This document shows positions 36,484-51,624 of a DNA stretch of 64,000 bases, in pieces. The notes beneath the pieces were generated by a model that did no database searches, had not been told where the DNA came from, and saw only the letters and a list, made by a program, of their open reading frames with translations. The DNA comes from the human T2T-CHM13v2.0 reference genome, Homo sapiens. A program made the translations under genes and the position numbers. The stretch lies in NCBI RefSeq assembly GCF_009914755.1, contig NC_060927.1; one strand, written 5' to 3'. The first letter of the stretch is position 1, and every line of letters begins with the position of its first letter.

Positions 36484-38788
36484 TAGTGTATCACATTTAT
36501 TGACTTGCATATATTGAATCATCCTTGCATCTCCGGGATAAATCCCACTTGATTGTGGTGTATGGTTCTTTTAATATGCTGTTGAATTTGGTTTGCTAGT
36601 ATTTTGTTGAGGATTTTTGCATCCGTGTTAATCAGGAATATTGTTCTGTAATTTTCTTTTCTTGTAATGTCTTTCTCTGGCTTTGATATCAAGGTGAGAC
36701 TGGCCTCATAAAATAAGTTTGGAAGTATTCCCTGCCTTTCTATTTTTTGGAAAAGTTTGAGAAGGATTGATATTTATTCTTCTTTAAATGTCTGGTAGAA
36801 TTCACCAGTGAAGTCAGGTCCTCGGCTTTTCTTTGATGGGATTTTTTTCTTATTTGTGCAAATGTATAGGGTACATGAGCTATTTTATTACATGTATGTA
36901 ATGTGCAGTGATGAAGTCAGGGTATTCAGGGTGTCTGTCACCAAAATATGATACATTTTTGTTAAGTATAGTCATCCTACTCTGCAATCAAACATTGAAT
37001 TTATTTCTTCTATCTTACCATATGTTTGTACTCTTTAACCCACTTCTCTTTAACCTCCTCCTTTCCTACTCTACTCATCCTTCCCAGTCTCTTTGATCTG
37101 GTTTTACACTCTCCCTCCATGTGTCCAGATATTTCACCTCCTTCATATAAGTGAGAACTTGCGATATTTGTTCTTCTGTGCCTGGCTTATTTCACTTAAG
37201 ATAATGACTTCCTGTTTCATCCACTTTGTTACAAATGATATGATTTCATTCTTTTGAATGGCTGAATAGTATTCCACTGTGTATACATATTTTCTTTATC
37301 CATTCATCCATTGTTGGGCACTTAGGTTGATTCCATATCTTTGGTATTGTGAATAGTGTTACAATAAACATACAAGTTCAGGTATCCCTTTGTTATAATG
37401 ATATATTTTCCTTTGGGTCGATACTCAGCAGTGAAATTGCTGGATCAAACATTTAGTTTTTTTGAGAAATCTCCATACTGTTTTCTATAGTGGCTATACA
37501 AGTTTACATTCTCACCAAGAGTATATAAGAGTTCCCTTTTCTCCACATGCCCACTAACAATTGTTATTTTTTGTCTTTTTAACAATTGCCATTCTGACTG
37601 AGGTAAGATGATATCTCATTGTGGTTTTGATTTTCATTTCCCTGATGATTAGTGGTGTTGAGCATTTTTTTCATAAACCTTTTGGCTATTTTTATGTCTT
37701 CTTTTGAGAAGTATCTATTTGTGTCTCTTGCTCACTGTTTAACTGAGTTATTTGTTTCTTTCTTTTTTTCCTATTGAGTTCCTTGTATATTCTGGATATT
37801 AGTCCCCTGTTGGACAGTTTGCAAATACTTTCTCCCATTCAACAGGTTGTCTCTTCATTCTGTTGATTATTTCTTTTGCTGTGCAGTGGCTTTCTAGTTT
37901 AATTAAGTCATGAGAGATTTATGATTACTGATTCAATCTCCTTCCTCGTTATTGGTCTGTTTAGATTTTCTGTTTCTTCGTGATTCAGTCTTGGTAGGTT
38001 GTATATTTCTAGGAATTTATGCATTGCTTCTAGGTTATACAATTTGTTGACTTATAATTGTTCATAGTATTCTATTAGGCTGCTTTGTATTTCTGTGGTA
38101 TCAGTTATAATCTCTTCTCTTTCATGTCTGATTTTATCTTTCTTTTTTTCTTAGTCTAGCTAAGGTTTGTCAATTTTGTTATTTTTTCAGAAAAAAAATC
38201 TCTGAGTTTCATTGATCTTTTCTATTGCTTTTCTAGTGTCTATTTGATTTATTTTTGTTCTGATCTTTGTTATTTCTTTGTTTTTAATAACATTGGGCTT
38301 TGTTCTTTTTCTAGTTCCTTGAGGTGTAATGTTAGGTTGTTTATTTGAGATCTTTATGTTTTCTTTATGTAGGTGTTTATCACTATAAAATTTACTTTTA
38401 GATTTTCTTTTGCTGCATTCCATGTGTTTTAGTATGTTGTGTTTCCATTTTTAGTTATCTTAAGATGTCTCCTTATTTTCCTTTTGATTGATTTTTTTGA
38501 CCCATTGCTTGTTCAGGAGTATGTTGTTTAATTTTCACAAGTTTTCCTCCTCACTGATTTCTAATTTCGTGCCATTGTGTCAAGAAAAGATACTTGGTAT
38601 GATTTCAATCCGTGGCCTAACATGATCAATTGTGGAGAATGTTCCATGTGTACTTAAGAAGAATGTATATTCTGTTGCTGTTGGATAAAATGCTCTATAT
38701 ATGTGCGTTAGGTCCAGTTGGCCAAAGTGTAGTCCAAATCTACTATTTCCTTATTGATTTTTGGTCTGGATGATCTATCCATTGTTGA

Positions 38789-39236
<448 letters not shown>

Positions 39237-39751
39237 TTAAACATTATATAATGCTTATTTGTTTCTTTTTATGGCTTTTCACTTAAAGTTTATTTTGTGT
39301 GATACAAGAGTAGCAATCCCTGCTCTTTTTCTGTTTTTTATTTGCATGGAATATCTTTTTCCATCTCCACACTTTAAGCCTGTGTATGTCCCTAAAGCTG
39401 ATGTGAGTTTATTATAGGGAGCATGTAACTGGGTCTGTTTTTTTTAAAATCCATTCAGCTACTCTATGTCTTGATTGGAGAATTAAATCCATTTCCCATT
39501 CAGAGTAATTATTGATAGGTAAGGACTTACTATTGCCATTTTGATAATTGTTTTCGGCTATGGGTCTCATGGACAGTGTTCCACATGGCTGGGAGAGACA
39601 TGAGCTCACTCACTAAGCTCTCACTTTTCCTGTGGGTGAAATCGCTGGCCAAGGGAGGTCTCTCTTGGCACTGAGCTCTGCCACCTAGTGGAGGCAGTGA
39701 TGCAGGAAAAGCAAAACTATTCTTAGCCACTTCAATTTATCTGTTATGAAA

Positions 39752-39995
39752 ATTTTTATTTTTTATTTTATTTTTGAGACAGAGTCTTGCTGTGTCCCCC
39801 AGGCTGGAGTGCAGTGGTACTATCTTGGCCCACTGAAACTTCTGCCTCCTGGGTTCAAGCGATTCTCCTGCCTCAGCCTTCTGAACAGCTGGGATTACAG
39901 GTGTGCGTCACTACACCCAGTTAATATTTTTGTGTTTTTAGTAGAGACAGGGTTTCACCATGTTGGCCAGTCTGGTCTCAAATTCCTGGCCTCAA
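39752..39995 (-). mobile_element. 5'-truncated Alu
   Basis: Antisense Alu lacking the first ~60 nt. Confidence 0.85.
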
Positions 39996-40556
39996 AAAAC
40001 TTCAACAGTTTGCTGGAACTTCTCCACTGGACTCCTGGACTTCCACAAAAGTACTCTCATCTGGAGGTAGTTTTCAAAATGGATGCTTCTGCAGGGCAAT
40101 GACAGTAAAGAGCTCCTATTTCACCATCTTGCTGATGTCACTTATTCCATCTCATTTTGAATTTGCCATTTAAAATACCTTTTATTTGCTTCTTCCCATC
40201 TCTCCTTTTCTGCTTTATATTGCATATTGTTTTCTTTATTCCTTTATTCCCTTTTTATGTCTACTGGTTTGGAAATCATACTCAATATCTTTGGTCTCCA
40301 TACTTTTTTTTGCATCTCTTTTTTCTGGGTTTGATTTTCATTTTTCTAAAGATATTCTTTACAAGTTCTGTTAGTAGAAGTCTGTTAGTGGTAAAAGCTG
40401 ATTTTCCCTAAAAATGTCTTTATTTTGCCCTCACTCTTAAATGACAGCTTAACTAGGCATATAATTCTAAACTGACAGTTGTAACTATTTTATTTTAGCA
40501 TTTGAAGATATTATTTAACTCACTTTTAGTTTCTTTTGTAGCTACTAAGAAGTCTG

Positions 40557-40870
<314 letters not shown>

Positions 40871-42280
40871 TCACTCCTTTGTAAGTATTTTATCTTTTTT
40901 TGTTTGTTTAAAACGTTTTATTTTTCTTTGATCCTCTTTAAATTTTATTACAATGTGCCTAAATATGAATTTATTTTGTGTTTCTTTAGGGTATATTCCT
41001 TGGATTGAATTGCTATGTCATAGAAAATTTTCTTTTTCACCCTCCCTAGACAATTTCAAATTGTTTGCTAATGTGATTATGTCAGTTCACACCCCAATGA
41101 CTTCTTCCATCTTTATATTGCATTATGTCATATGACTTTTTGCATGCTTATTTTGTAATTCCTTTGTTAGCAAACAGAGGAAAACTGGTTCTCAGTGTGC
41201 AAAGGAAAAGTTGAATTTGCATGTTGGTCATCTCAGATATACAGAGAAGTAACTCATCCCACATAAAACAATGACTAGATCATTTTTAAGGCATTGAACA
41301 TTAAGCACACCTCTTTTTGCCTGATCTTTCTCAACTCCTTGAAAATAAATTGGATAAACTTTGTTGAAAAACCCTCTGACTGATATGTATCGCCTTAGGT
41401 TCTGAACTTTTCACTTTTTATCTTACTTAATGAACCCATTCATTAATTTGGAACTTGGCAAAGAAATTAGAATCTTTTAGAATCTTTGGCTAAAAGTTCC
41501 CTGATGCTATTTGTAGAAATTCTGTTTGGTACTTTTCAAAATTGCTTATTTCATACACATATAAATTCTTTATGGATCTTATTCTTTCTTTTAATAGTAA
41601 TAATTTTATTTTGTTTTCAAAATGAAAATACCTTTTTTCTGATTCTAAAATTACTTTTTTTCTGTTTCTAAATATGATAATATATAGAATTGTTTAAGGT
41701 TTCTGATTAATCTCTGTGCTTAAGGAGACAGCCTGCATTCTTTCTGGTATTTAGGGAGAACTATTTCTAAGCCATTTCAGACAATTACATAATTGGGTAT
41801 CTGTCTTTTTTTGTTGTTGTTGCCTTACAATATTTTGGAAGCAGGAGATTCTACAATTACTTTTACGTGCTATCTGTTTGTACTTTTTAGGAAGGTTTAA
41901 AAAAAAAACCTGTTAGATACAACACCCTAAAAGCACATTTTGATTTTTAAAAAGATAATTAGTGGTATATTAGTATCACGTGCCTTATTAACCCTTCATG
42001 TTCTTGAAAATTGTAATTATGATATCTGTCAATCTTACTGTCTAATCTGCTTTAGAAAGATTAATACATTTTTCCAATATATTTTTTTCCAATTTACCTT
42101 TTTCAGCACAGGTTGGGAGAGTAAATGTTTTTGCAGAGTGTAGCCTAAATGCAGTACAAATGACACATTACCTTGTTCATAGTTGAGAGAACTATACCTA
42201 TTGTTATCTGAAGAGCAGGTTGAAACCAGAAGTAAAATATTCTGTACTCAAGGTGCCTTTAAGGAATAAGCAAAGCTCTT

Positions 42281-42950
<670 letters not shown>

Positions 42951-43769
42951 TGATTTAATATACCAATTTGGGATAATTTAATGAAAAAAATGCTTATAGA
43001 GATATTATAAATGTGTTTATACTAATTAGTCTTCTTAGTAATATTCCCAATGCTGACTTTTATTTATGACTTTCTTAAAGGCAGAATTGTGATTTAAGTA
43101 TTGAATGTCTTTGCAACCAATGAAAAGTTAAGACTACATAGAATACTCATAGGATACACAGAAGAGGAAAGTACCTTTGATAGCTTTTATTTAATTTTTT
43201 AAAATTTGATCTTAAATTTCTTGTATTTGAATTTTATTTGAGTAGGTAATATTTGCAAGGTTCAAAATTCAAAAGGCACAAAAGGATACACAATAAGGAA
43301 AGAGTCTTTTCCCCATTGCTGTGTCCCACCTACTCAGGGCTCTCCAAGCAATCAAAGTGACAAGTTACATCCAATGGTATTCTACTAATACTCTGTGTGA
43401 TAGCCTCCTCGCCACCATTTTTAAAAGATGATGTTGAAGGAGTTGAAGCCTGTAAAGGCCTTATTAAGGGTGCCTTATTATTTGAAGCAGAAGTAGTGCC
43501 TGATTCTATGTCTCCTGACATTTCTTTCAGGACTCTGTAATATTTGCCTAAGTCACACTGCTTTTGTAAGGTGGCGAGTTGGCAATGATTAATCAATGTG
43601 GATGGTACAATCCGGTAATTTAAGTTTCGACTGGTTTAAGATTGAGACAACCAGAAAGGAAGGCTTATCAGAAGGGCGGCAGGGGAGGAGATTTTTGGTT
43701 CATCAAAAGGAGGCAAGGGTTTTAAAAGGCTGACCTAGGGCCTGAATCACATGGTTTGACTTTTGCTAA

Positions 43770-44990
43770 GCCCCGGGGATGGCGCGTGTCAGGCCCAGAG
43801 TGCTGATGCCAGCGTGGATCCGAGCCAGGCCTCAGGGGACTGGCGTTCAGACCTCGGGCCGCTCGCATCTCTAACAATTTGAGCCCTACTTTAAGGTGTG
43901 GCCACGGTCCCCACCCACTCTGATCTCAGACTGGGCACGGTACGGAAGGCGGGCGGATGAGGCCTCGCCCTCGCCTCTTTAGTAGGTCGGGTGAGTGTAG
44001 TGTGCAGGGAAGAGACGCGTCAGCGCCAGGGCCAGGCCCGCCCGGGGGCAGCCCGGCAGCCGAATCTTGGGCTACTCTGTCCCAACAGCCGGAGCAGATC
44101 AGACTGACCGGCCCTGCCCGCTCGGTCCCGCGCCCTCCAGACCCTACGGTCTCCGTTTCTAGGGGCACATGGTTAGCGGCAGGCGCCCACAGCCAATCCA
44201 CTTTGCCAGCCTGCCCCTTCCTCTGCCAAGAGCAGCTTCTTCAGCCGCGCTCCAGTTCCGCAGACGCCTGCCCCACCCTGCTCTTCCCTTCCAGGGAAGA
44301 CGGATCACGCGGCCAAGAACGAGACTCGCAAACTGGGCATTTCTCCGAGCCGGGCTAGAGCAAGTAGCGAGACTCCGCGTGAGAGTGGGAAAGAGCCTTA
44401 ACAGGCAACCATGTTGCCCAGTGGGTTTTCTGTGCCTTTGGGTGCGGACCAATGAGGCGCGTGGGGCGGGACTTCCGCTTCGCCTAGGTGTTGTCGTCCC
44501 TGCTAGTACTCCGGGCTGTGGGGGTCGGTGCGGATATTCAGTCATGAAATCAGGGTAGGGACTTCTCCCGCAGCGACGCGGCTGGCAAGACTGTTTGTGT
44601 TGCGGGGGCCGGACTTCAAGGTAAGACCCTGTCCGGCTTCGCGGCAGCCGGGCAGCGCGTTATCGAGCGGCCCAGAGAACATACCCCGCTTGTTGGCCCT
44701 CGAGCTCGGAGTCGGCCCTGCTGCTGAGGTCTTTGCTGCTCCTCTAGAGCTGGGTGAGAAGTCAATTAGGCTTTTTGCAAAAGGAATAAAATAGCCTTGC
44801 CCTCGGGGGACCGAGTCTCCCCTGCACTCTCATTCCGCGAGTTTGTGTGTGTCCAAAGTTGAGTTACCGGTTTTGCTTCTCTCATTCCCTTCTTGAGGCT
44901 GCAAGAGCCTGCCTGGAAAACATGTTTGGAAGGCTTTTCTTGGTCAAGTACCTGCCGCAACGTCCTCGGGCACATCGCTTGACTTTAGTT
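43770..44990. promoter_or_regulatory. RNF13: CpG island promoter of RNF13
   Basis: Sharp rise in GC and CpG density; CCAAT at 44193 and 44449, GC box GGGGCGGGAC 44463-44472, ETS motif ACTTCCG 44471-44477; no TATA; gene identity from synteny with ANKUB1 and recalled 5'UTR. Confidence 0.85.
44480..44620 (+). other. RNF13: RNF13 non-coding first exon (5' end approximate)
   Basis: Follows the CCAAT/GC/ETS cluster and ends at strong donor AAG|GTAAGA (44620/44621); no RNF13 CDS in the window. Confidence 0.78.
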
Positions 44991-45191
44991 GAGGGGGCTG
45001 TTTTGTCTCTGAATAGAAGGAGGGCAGTCACTTCCTCTCTTTTACCCCCACCCCCTTTTTCTTTCCCTGGAAGCTCAGATTGCAGGTTTGGGACTTAACC
45101 CCTGCTAGGGCCAGATACTACGGTCAGTCAGCAGCTCTGCCTGTATGCTTGACTTGACTTGACTTGCACTTATTAAATAACTTTGTCCCAG

Positions 45192-45293
45192 AGAGAAAGA
45201 GAGAGTGGGCAGACATCGAAGCCAAACAGCAGTATCCCGGAAGCACTCATGCAACTTTGGTGGCGGCCACTCAGTTTTCTCTGCCAGTGTCTG
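45192..45293 (+). other. RNF13: probable alternative 5'UTR exon of RNF13 (102 nt)
   Basis: Acceptor ctttgtcccag|AGAG and donor CTG|GTAAAT; non-repeat sequence resembling the recalled long RNF13 5'UTR. Confidence 0.6.
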
Positions 45294-45721
45294 GTAAATT
45301 CCTCTATTTTGTCCTAATCTGACAATAGTAAATAGTAAATTTCCAAAACTGTCGTTTCATCATCAGTTTCAGCACCGTGGGCAGCTGCTCGGGTCCTCTC
45401 TTGTTGCCCCAAACCTGCCCGGCTATTACTGTTCGTCAGTGATGCAGCAGAAACAGTGAAAACTGATGCATTCCTTTCAACAATGATGTGTTTGTTCTCC
45501 AAGGAGAACATCTGCAGTTTTTGATACAATATAAATAAGTAAGGTGGCTGTGCCTCCAAAGAGTTCTTCTGGAGAAACAGATCAATTCAAGATTTAAGGT
45601 AGGGCTTTCAAGAGTTTATGCTATTTAAGCACAGTTTTTTAATGGGTGGACATTAGCTCCATCTCGAAGTAACAAAACTGGACAGTGGTAGCAATTAAAA
45701 AGAACTTTAAACAGGAGGTAA

Positions 45722-45775
45722 GAAGTGTAGTGCAGTGCTGTAGTGCAGGAAGTGTAGTGCAGTGCTGTAGTGCAG
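45722..45775. repeat. perfect 27-bp tandem duplication
   Basis: (gaagtgtagtgcagtgctgtagtgcag)x2. Confidence 0.95.
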
Positions 45776-47169
45776 GGCCCATAAGGATTCATTAATAGAT
45801 TTTAGAATCAATTTAGTACATTGACATAAGCTTTATAAAGAAAGAAAAAATACCAGAGGACATTGTATGGAATAAAAGTAAATATTATGGCAAGAAGCTT
45901 TTGTTTCAGTTTTTAACAGTATGTGTGTGTCAAGAGGAAGATGGAAATGTAAAGTGTATTATGGATTATGGCAAAAACAAATGTTTCAAAATACTAAATT
46001 CCAAATTTGGGAGTCAAGCTGGGTTCAGCTCTGCCATTTACTAATTCTGTGACATTTTCCGTAAATAAGAAATGAGTTGTTATGAGGATTAAATGAAACA
46101 AAATTTGTCTATTACATAATTTTTTTTTGTTTTGTTGGAAACTGTTGGAGAGAGGCACAGTTATTTTTCTCTATGTAGGGAATGAGAACTGTTTTATTAG
46201 TTTTTTTTTTTTTAACCTCTGCCTTTGTTTGAAGCTAGGCAGCTTGACATCTTGTCTCTATGTGTAATGCAAATCATAGACAGAATCTTGGTTTGAGAGG
46301 TATAACACTGAAGGGTTTGGGATAAGTTCTCATCTATGCTTGTATAAAGCTAATTTTCTCAATAATTTTGGAGGGGCATAAATTGTTGCTAGCATTCAGC
46401 TTTCTTCCCTTGATATTTTTCTGCATTCCAGAATAACGTAGATTTATCAGAACTTTTACAGGCACTAACTTTAGCTAAGTGAGGGTAGGCCTGAGGGTAT
46501 GACTAAAGGGATAGATTTATGTCTTTGAGTTAAGTTGGCTAGGAAGGCATTTTATGCCTTATAGTTCTTGCCATAAGAGATGTATGAAATGAAATAGTTT
46601 GGTCAACTATCATGGTATGTTTTGCTTACTTCATGTAGGTGTGACCTAGAAATGGTTGGCATTTAAATAACAATATTTTTAAATCTGGGAATTGATGTTT
46701 AGCAGGAGGCAAATGAGTTTCAGTCAAAACAGTGTTTTGCACCATTTGTCATGTTTACCATATGGCATTGCATATGATAGTTTCACATGACATAAAAAGG
46801 GGAAGAAAGTTGGTAAGCATTGTTACTTTTCCCAAAAGAGGAAACAAAATTAGAAGCGAATTCCTTTTAATAAAGCATACTGGTGAGTCATTGTTCAAAA
46901 ATGTATGTATTCTATAGATATTTATTGAGCATATATAAAAGTAAAATATTAAACTTTTATGAATCTTTTACATTACACAAAAGTTGATTTGGGAACAACA
47001 CAGCATATGATTGGTATTGTCAAAGTTTATATAGCATAGTATATCAACAACAACAAAACAGTAATGTAGCTAATATTGATTGGTTAATATGAGCCAAATA
47101 CAATTCTAAGTGCTTTATAATATCTCAGGTGGTTCTTACAGTCATTGATGTGGTAGATAGTAAGTTGTT

Positions 47170-47467
47170 TCCTTTTTATTTTTTTTTGGGACAGGGTCTT
47201 GCTCTGTTGCCCAGGCTGGAGCAATTATGGCTCACTGCACCCTCGACCTCCCGTGCTCAAGGGATCCTCCTATCTTAGCCCGACAAGTAGCTGGGACTAC
47301 AGTCATAAACCCCCATGCCTGGCTAATTAAATTTTTTTTTTTTTTTTTGTAGAGACAAGGTCTCATTATGTTGCTCAGTCTGGTATGAAACTTTAGGGTT
47401 CAAGTCATCCACCTGCTTCAGCCTTCCAAAATGCTGGGATTACAGGTGTGATACATCATGCCTGTCT
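47170..47467 (-). mobile_element. AluJ
   Basis: Diverged antisense dimer. Confidence 0.88.
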
Positions 47468-49898
47468 TATCCCCATTTTCTAAGTGGGAAGTGGGGGAAT
47501 TAAGGCATCACAGATACATAACTTCTGAGTTCACACAAGTAGCTGGTGGAGTAGCTGGAATTTGATCACAGGTATTCTGACTACAGAACGTCTGTCTCTT
47601 TTGTGTCTTATTTCATTAAAAAATATGGAATGCTGTGGGGCTATTGTGGATTCGTACTTGCTGGTGACCTTGGGGAAGCTCCTCCTCAATTTCCTTAACT
47701 CCTTCCTTACTTGTTTTTGTGGGGATTCAGATAATTTGTGAAGCAATCAGATGGCGTATATGTTTAGTAAATTATATGCCTTAGCCTTTTTTTTTTTTTC
47801 ATTGAGGATGAGGTCATTTGAAAGATTGTTAGCAGTTGAAGGAGGGTGGAAAAAAAAAAGTTCCACATAAGGACACTGCCCAAGCAAAGGTATAGAGATA
47901 GGAAAAGCAGAATACATTTGGTAAGGATATATGTTTAAGGACCAGACTGGTAAAGATAGATGGATACAGATTATGGAGATTCTTAAATGTCAGACTAAAG
48001 ATTTTATATATGATTTTTAGTTAAGAAGAAACTCTCTTTATGGATAATAATTTGTGAACAGGTCCAATGGAAGAGTGGAAGCCTAGAAGTAGGAATACCA
48101 TGCAATTTAATTATAGTAGTTGAGGCAAGAAGTGATGATCGTAGTGAAGGTATAGATTTGAAAGATGTTGACATTATAATGACATTGACACTGGGAACTG
48201 ACCAGAGTATAGGCCTAGGACAAATTTTTGGGAGGATAGTGATGTTATTAACAGAAATAAGGATATTATCATGAAGAACAGGTTTTGGTGGAAGGAGATT
48301 TAGGAGGAGAGAGGATGATAGGGAGTTTACTTTTGGAGCTGAGGAGTTGTTCAGACGTTTGGAAATGTAGAATGAAAACTGGAAGTTCTGTGTATTCTAT
48401 GAAAAGGGAAGAGAACAAATGCTTACATTGTAAGGAAATGACCTAAAAGTAACCACTCCTCTGTGGGTCAGAGTTTCACAAGAGGGATGTGACTCCTTAA
48501 ATTACTCACAAGTACAGATTTCTCAATGAAGATGCACCCATTATTTTTCCCTTTAGTGTATTTTGATTCGTGTCCTGGGAGATCAGGAGGTAAGGTAGTG
48601 GGGAGGAAAAACTTTTAGACCTAGCAAGGCTCCCATTTATTCAAAAAATAGCTAGTAAATTGGAGGCTAGGGATTCTCACCGTAAGAATTTTGAGAGTCT
48701 GATTTTTGTGTGGTACCAGGCATTTATAAACATATGTTGAATGCTGAATTGTTGAACATTTGAACATCTCCAGATTTGTTATTTTTATTATCCTGTCTTT
48801 GTTACCTTGAATTGGTTAATAGCAAAACCTTTAGAATCAGAGACTCTGTGTGCTTGTTATGGGGGGCAACAATGAAAGTCAGGGTGCAGCTAATGAGATT
48901 GTATTTTACTTATAGCCAGGATTGTGGAAGAAGACACTCAAAGGATAAGAGGCTTACCATTTTTCCCATTCTGTAAAACCATGTTGATGACAATACCAAT
49001 TCTGAGAGTTGTTTTGAAATACTGAGTTAATATATGAAAAGGGTCTGGTACATGATAGATAGTAATTGAGATGTTTTTGTTACCAGTATTATTATCTTCA
49101 CAAGTGGGGGGCAAACACAGAGATCCCAGAACCTATTATAAGAAAAAAAGGAAAACATCTGGAGACCCTTTGTACTTGAAAAAGGGCTCAGGACTAAGTC
49201 ATAGAAGGACTGTAGGTTTCCTTTCTTGGAAGGTTTTCTAGGGTTTGGTACAATTGGGTAGAGCATGATGTTGAATTAAGTAGTAAAATATATCCATCTC
49301 AACTATTTTCAGTTTCCTGTCAAGTTCTCAGTAAACCAACAGAAAAATGTTGTTGAGCATGAGAAGAAGGTTTACTTTTCTTGTCATACCATTTTTGGAA
49401 ACATTACTTGGATCCTACTACTTAGGGGTTTTTCTGTAGCATTTATTCACTCAAATATTTGTTGAGTACCTTCTTTGTCAGGCACTGTTCTAAAGAGAAA
49501 AATCCTTGCCTGCATGGAGCTTATCTGCTAATGGGAGAAATAAGGTGCATTTTCATAATAGACGGTAATTAGATTTTTCTCGTACTATGTATTTGTACCT
49601 ATTTAAGCAGATGGTAATAATGAATACTATACCAGATTGTAACTAATTTTGCAGAGCATTTGAAGGAAGGGACCATGTCTTTCTTATTCGCATTTGTCTC
49701 TCCCTTTTCCCCTTCCTCCCAGTGGAATGGCTTAGATGTGTTTAATGCTCAACAAACGTAGGTACTCATCAAATGTTTATTACAGGGAGAAGGTGTTAAG
49801 GCAGAGGCTACATCTTAAAGATTAAAGGAGTCAGTTAAATGTGGCATGTATTAAGGACCCATATACCCCCTAGATTGAGGGTGAGAAGAAGAGAATCC

Positions 49899-50250
<352 letters not shown>

Positions 50251-51471
50251 TTATATTGTAGCTGAAAGCATCAACATTATGGGAGTCTGGGTGTCACCCA
50301 ACATTCCCACTAATTAGCTGGGTGATTTTGCATAAATATCTTAACCTCTCAGTTCATTTCCTCACCTGTAAATGAAGTAGTTGGAATTGTCCAGTTAAAA
50401 TCTGTTTTTACGACTTCTTGTAAAATATCTCTTGCACTAATGTTTCACTTCACTAACGTAGATAATATAGAGCCAAGCATGAGCTTCCATTGAATAAGCA
50501 TCAAGCTAAATATATACTCTTAGTTAATAAACTAATGTTTAAGAAAAGATGTCTACAAAATTTGTTGATGCTATTTACCGGTAAGATTACATTGTAATTT
50601 TTTAAAATAGAGCAAAATATTACCTAATATATAGTTTCCCCCATTGCCATTATGTAAAGGAAAAATAAGCCATAGTATTTTAGACCTTAATAATGGATCA
50701 TAATACTCACTTTCATACTTTAATTTATACAACAGTCACTTGCCTCTGATATTGTGCTAGATGCTAGGTATTGTATACAGAATTAGAAAATGTATAGCTC
50801 CTAACTTTAAGGAGCTTAAGGAATAATGGGAGTGACAGACCATTTAGTTGTGTTGCATTTTGGTGGCATAGAGAAGCATATAATGAGAGTCTGGGAGAAG
50901 AGAAAGTGCTCATGGTTACAGAGAAAAAGACTGGAGGAATGGCAAGGGACTAAGCTAAATATACAGAGACGAGCCAGTTTATGAAGAACTTTGTGCTAAA
51001 CCACAGTTTAGTTCTGAGCTGTATTCTGAAAACTGCTTAATCTGTTAAGGAATTTTATGCAGGCAGTAACATAATCAGGCATTTTTATATCTACCTTTAT
51101 ATTCCTTTTAAGAGAAGGTGTTCCCTGAGGAAGGTATTTGTTATTTCTAGTTGTTTCAACGATGTAGATCTTCCTGAGGAAATCAGTCTTTTTAACTTTG
51201 AAATAAAGTCTGAGGAACATTGTCAATTTTGTGGTTATAGAGTTAATAATTATTAAAAATTAATAATTATGAAATATTCAGACATTAAAACATTTAAATG
51301 TTTATTGCCACATTAATGTAAACTGAAAAGAAAACTGAAATTTTGGGATGTTTTGCGCTTTGATGTAAGAGAGCTCTTGGTCAGCTACAAGAATTTGGCT
51401 TAGAATCATTTTTAAGGAGTTAGAAATACGTTGACCTTGAATTGATTGAAAGTGAATGTAGTTCAGGCTCA

Positions 51472-51624
51472 GTTTCTTTCTTTCTTTTTTTTTTGTTTTT
51501 TTAAAGAGACCGTCTTTTTCTGTCACCTGGTATGGTCTCAAACTCCTGGCCCCAAGCAATCCTCCCTCCTCAGCTTCCCAAAGTGCTGGGATTACAGGCG
51601 TGAGTCACCACTCCCTGCCCGGGC
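51472..51624 (-). mobile_element. FLAM/Alu monomer
   Basis: Antisense left monomer. Confidence 0.8.

Noticed and set aside
43926-45098. Overlapping 69-133 aa ORFs on both strands
   Set aside because: Stop-poor CpG-island sequence; Arg/Pro/Gly-rich with no recognisable domain
45722-45775. Possible CRISPR-like or other prokaryote-style repeat array
   Set aside because: Only simple two-copy tandem duplications with no spacers; the sequence is mammalian
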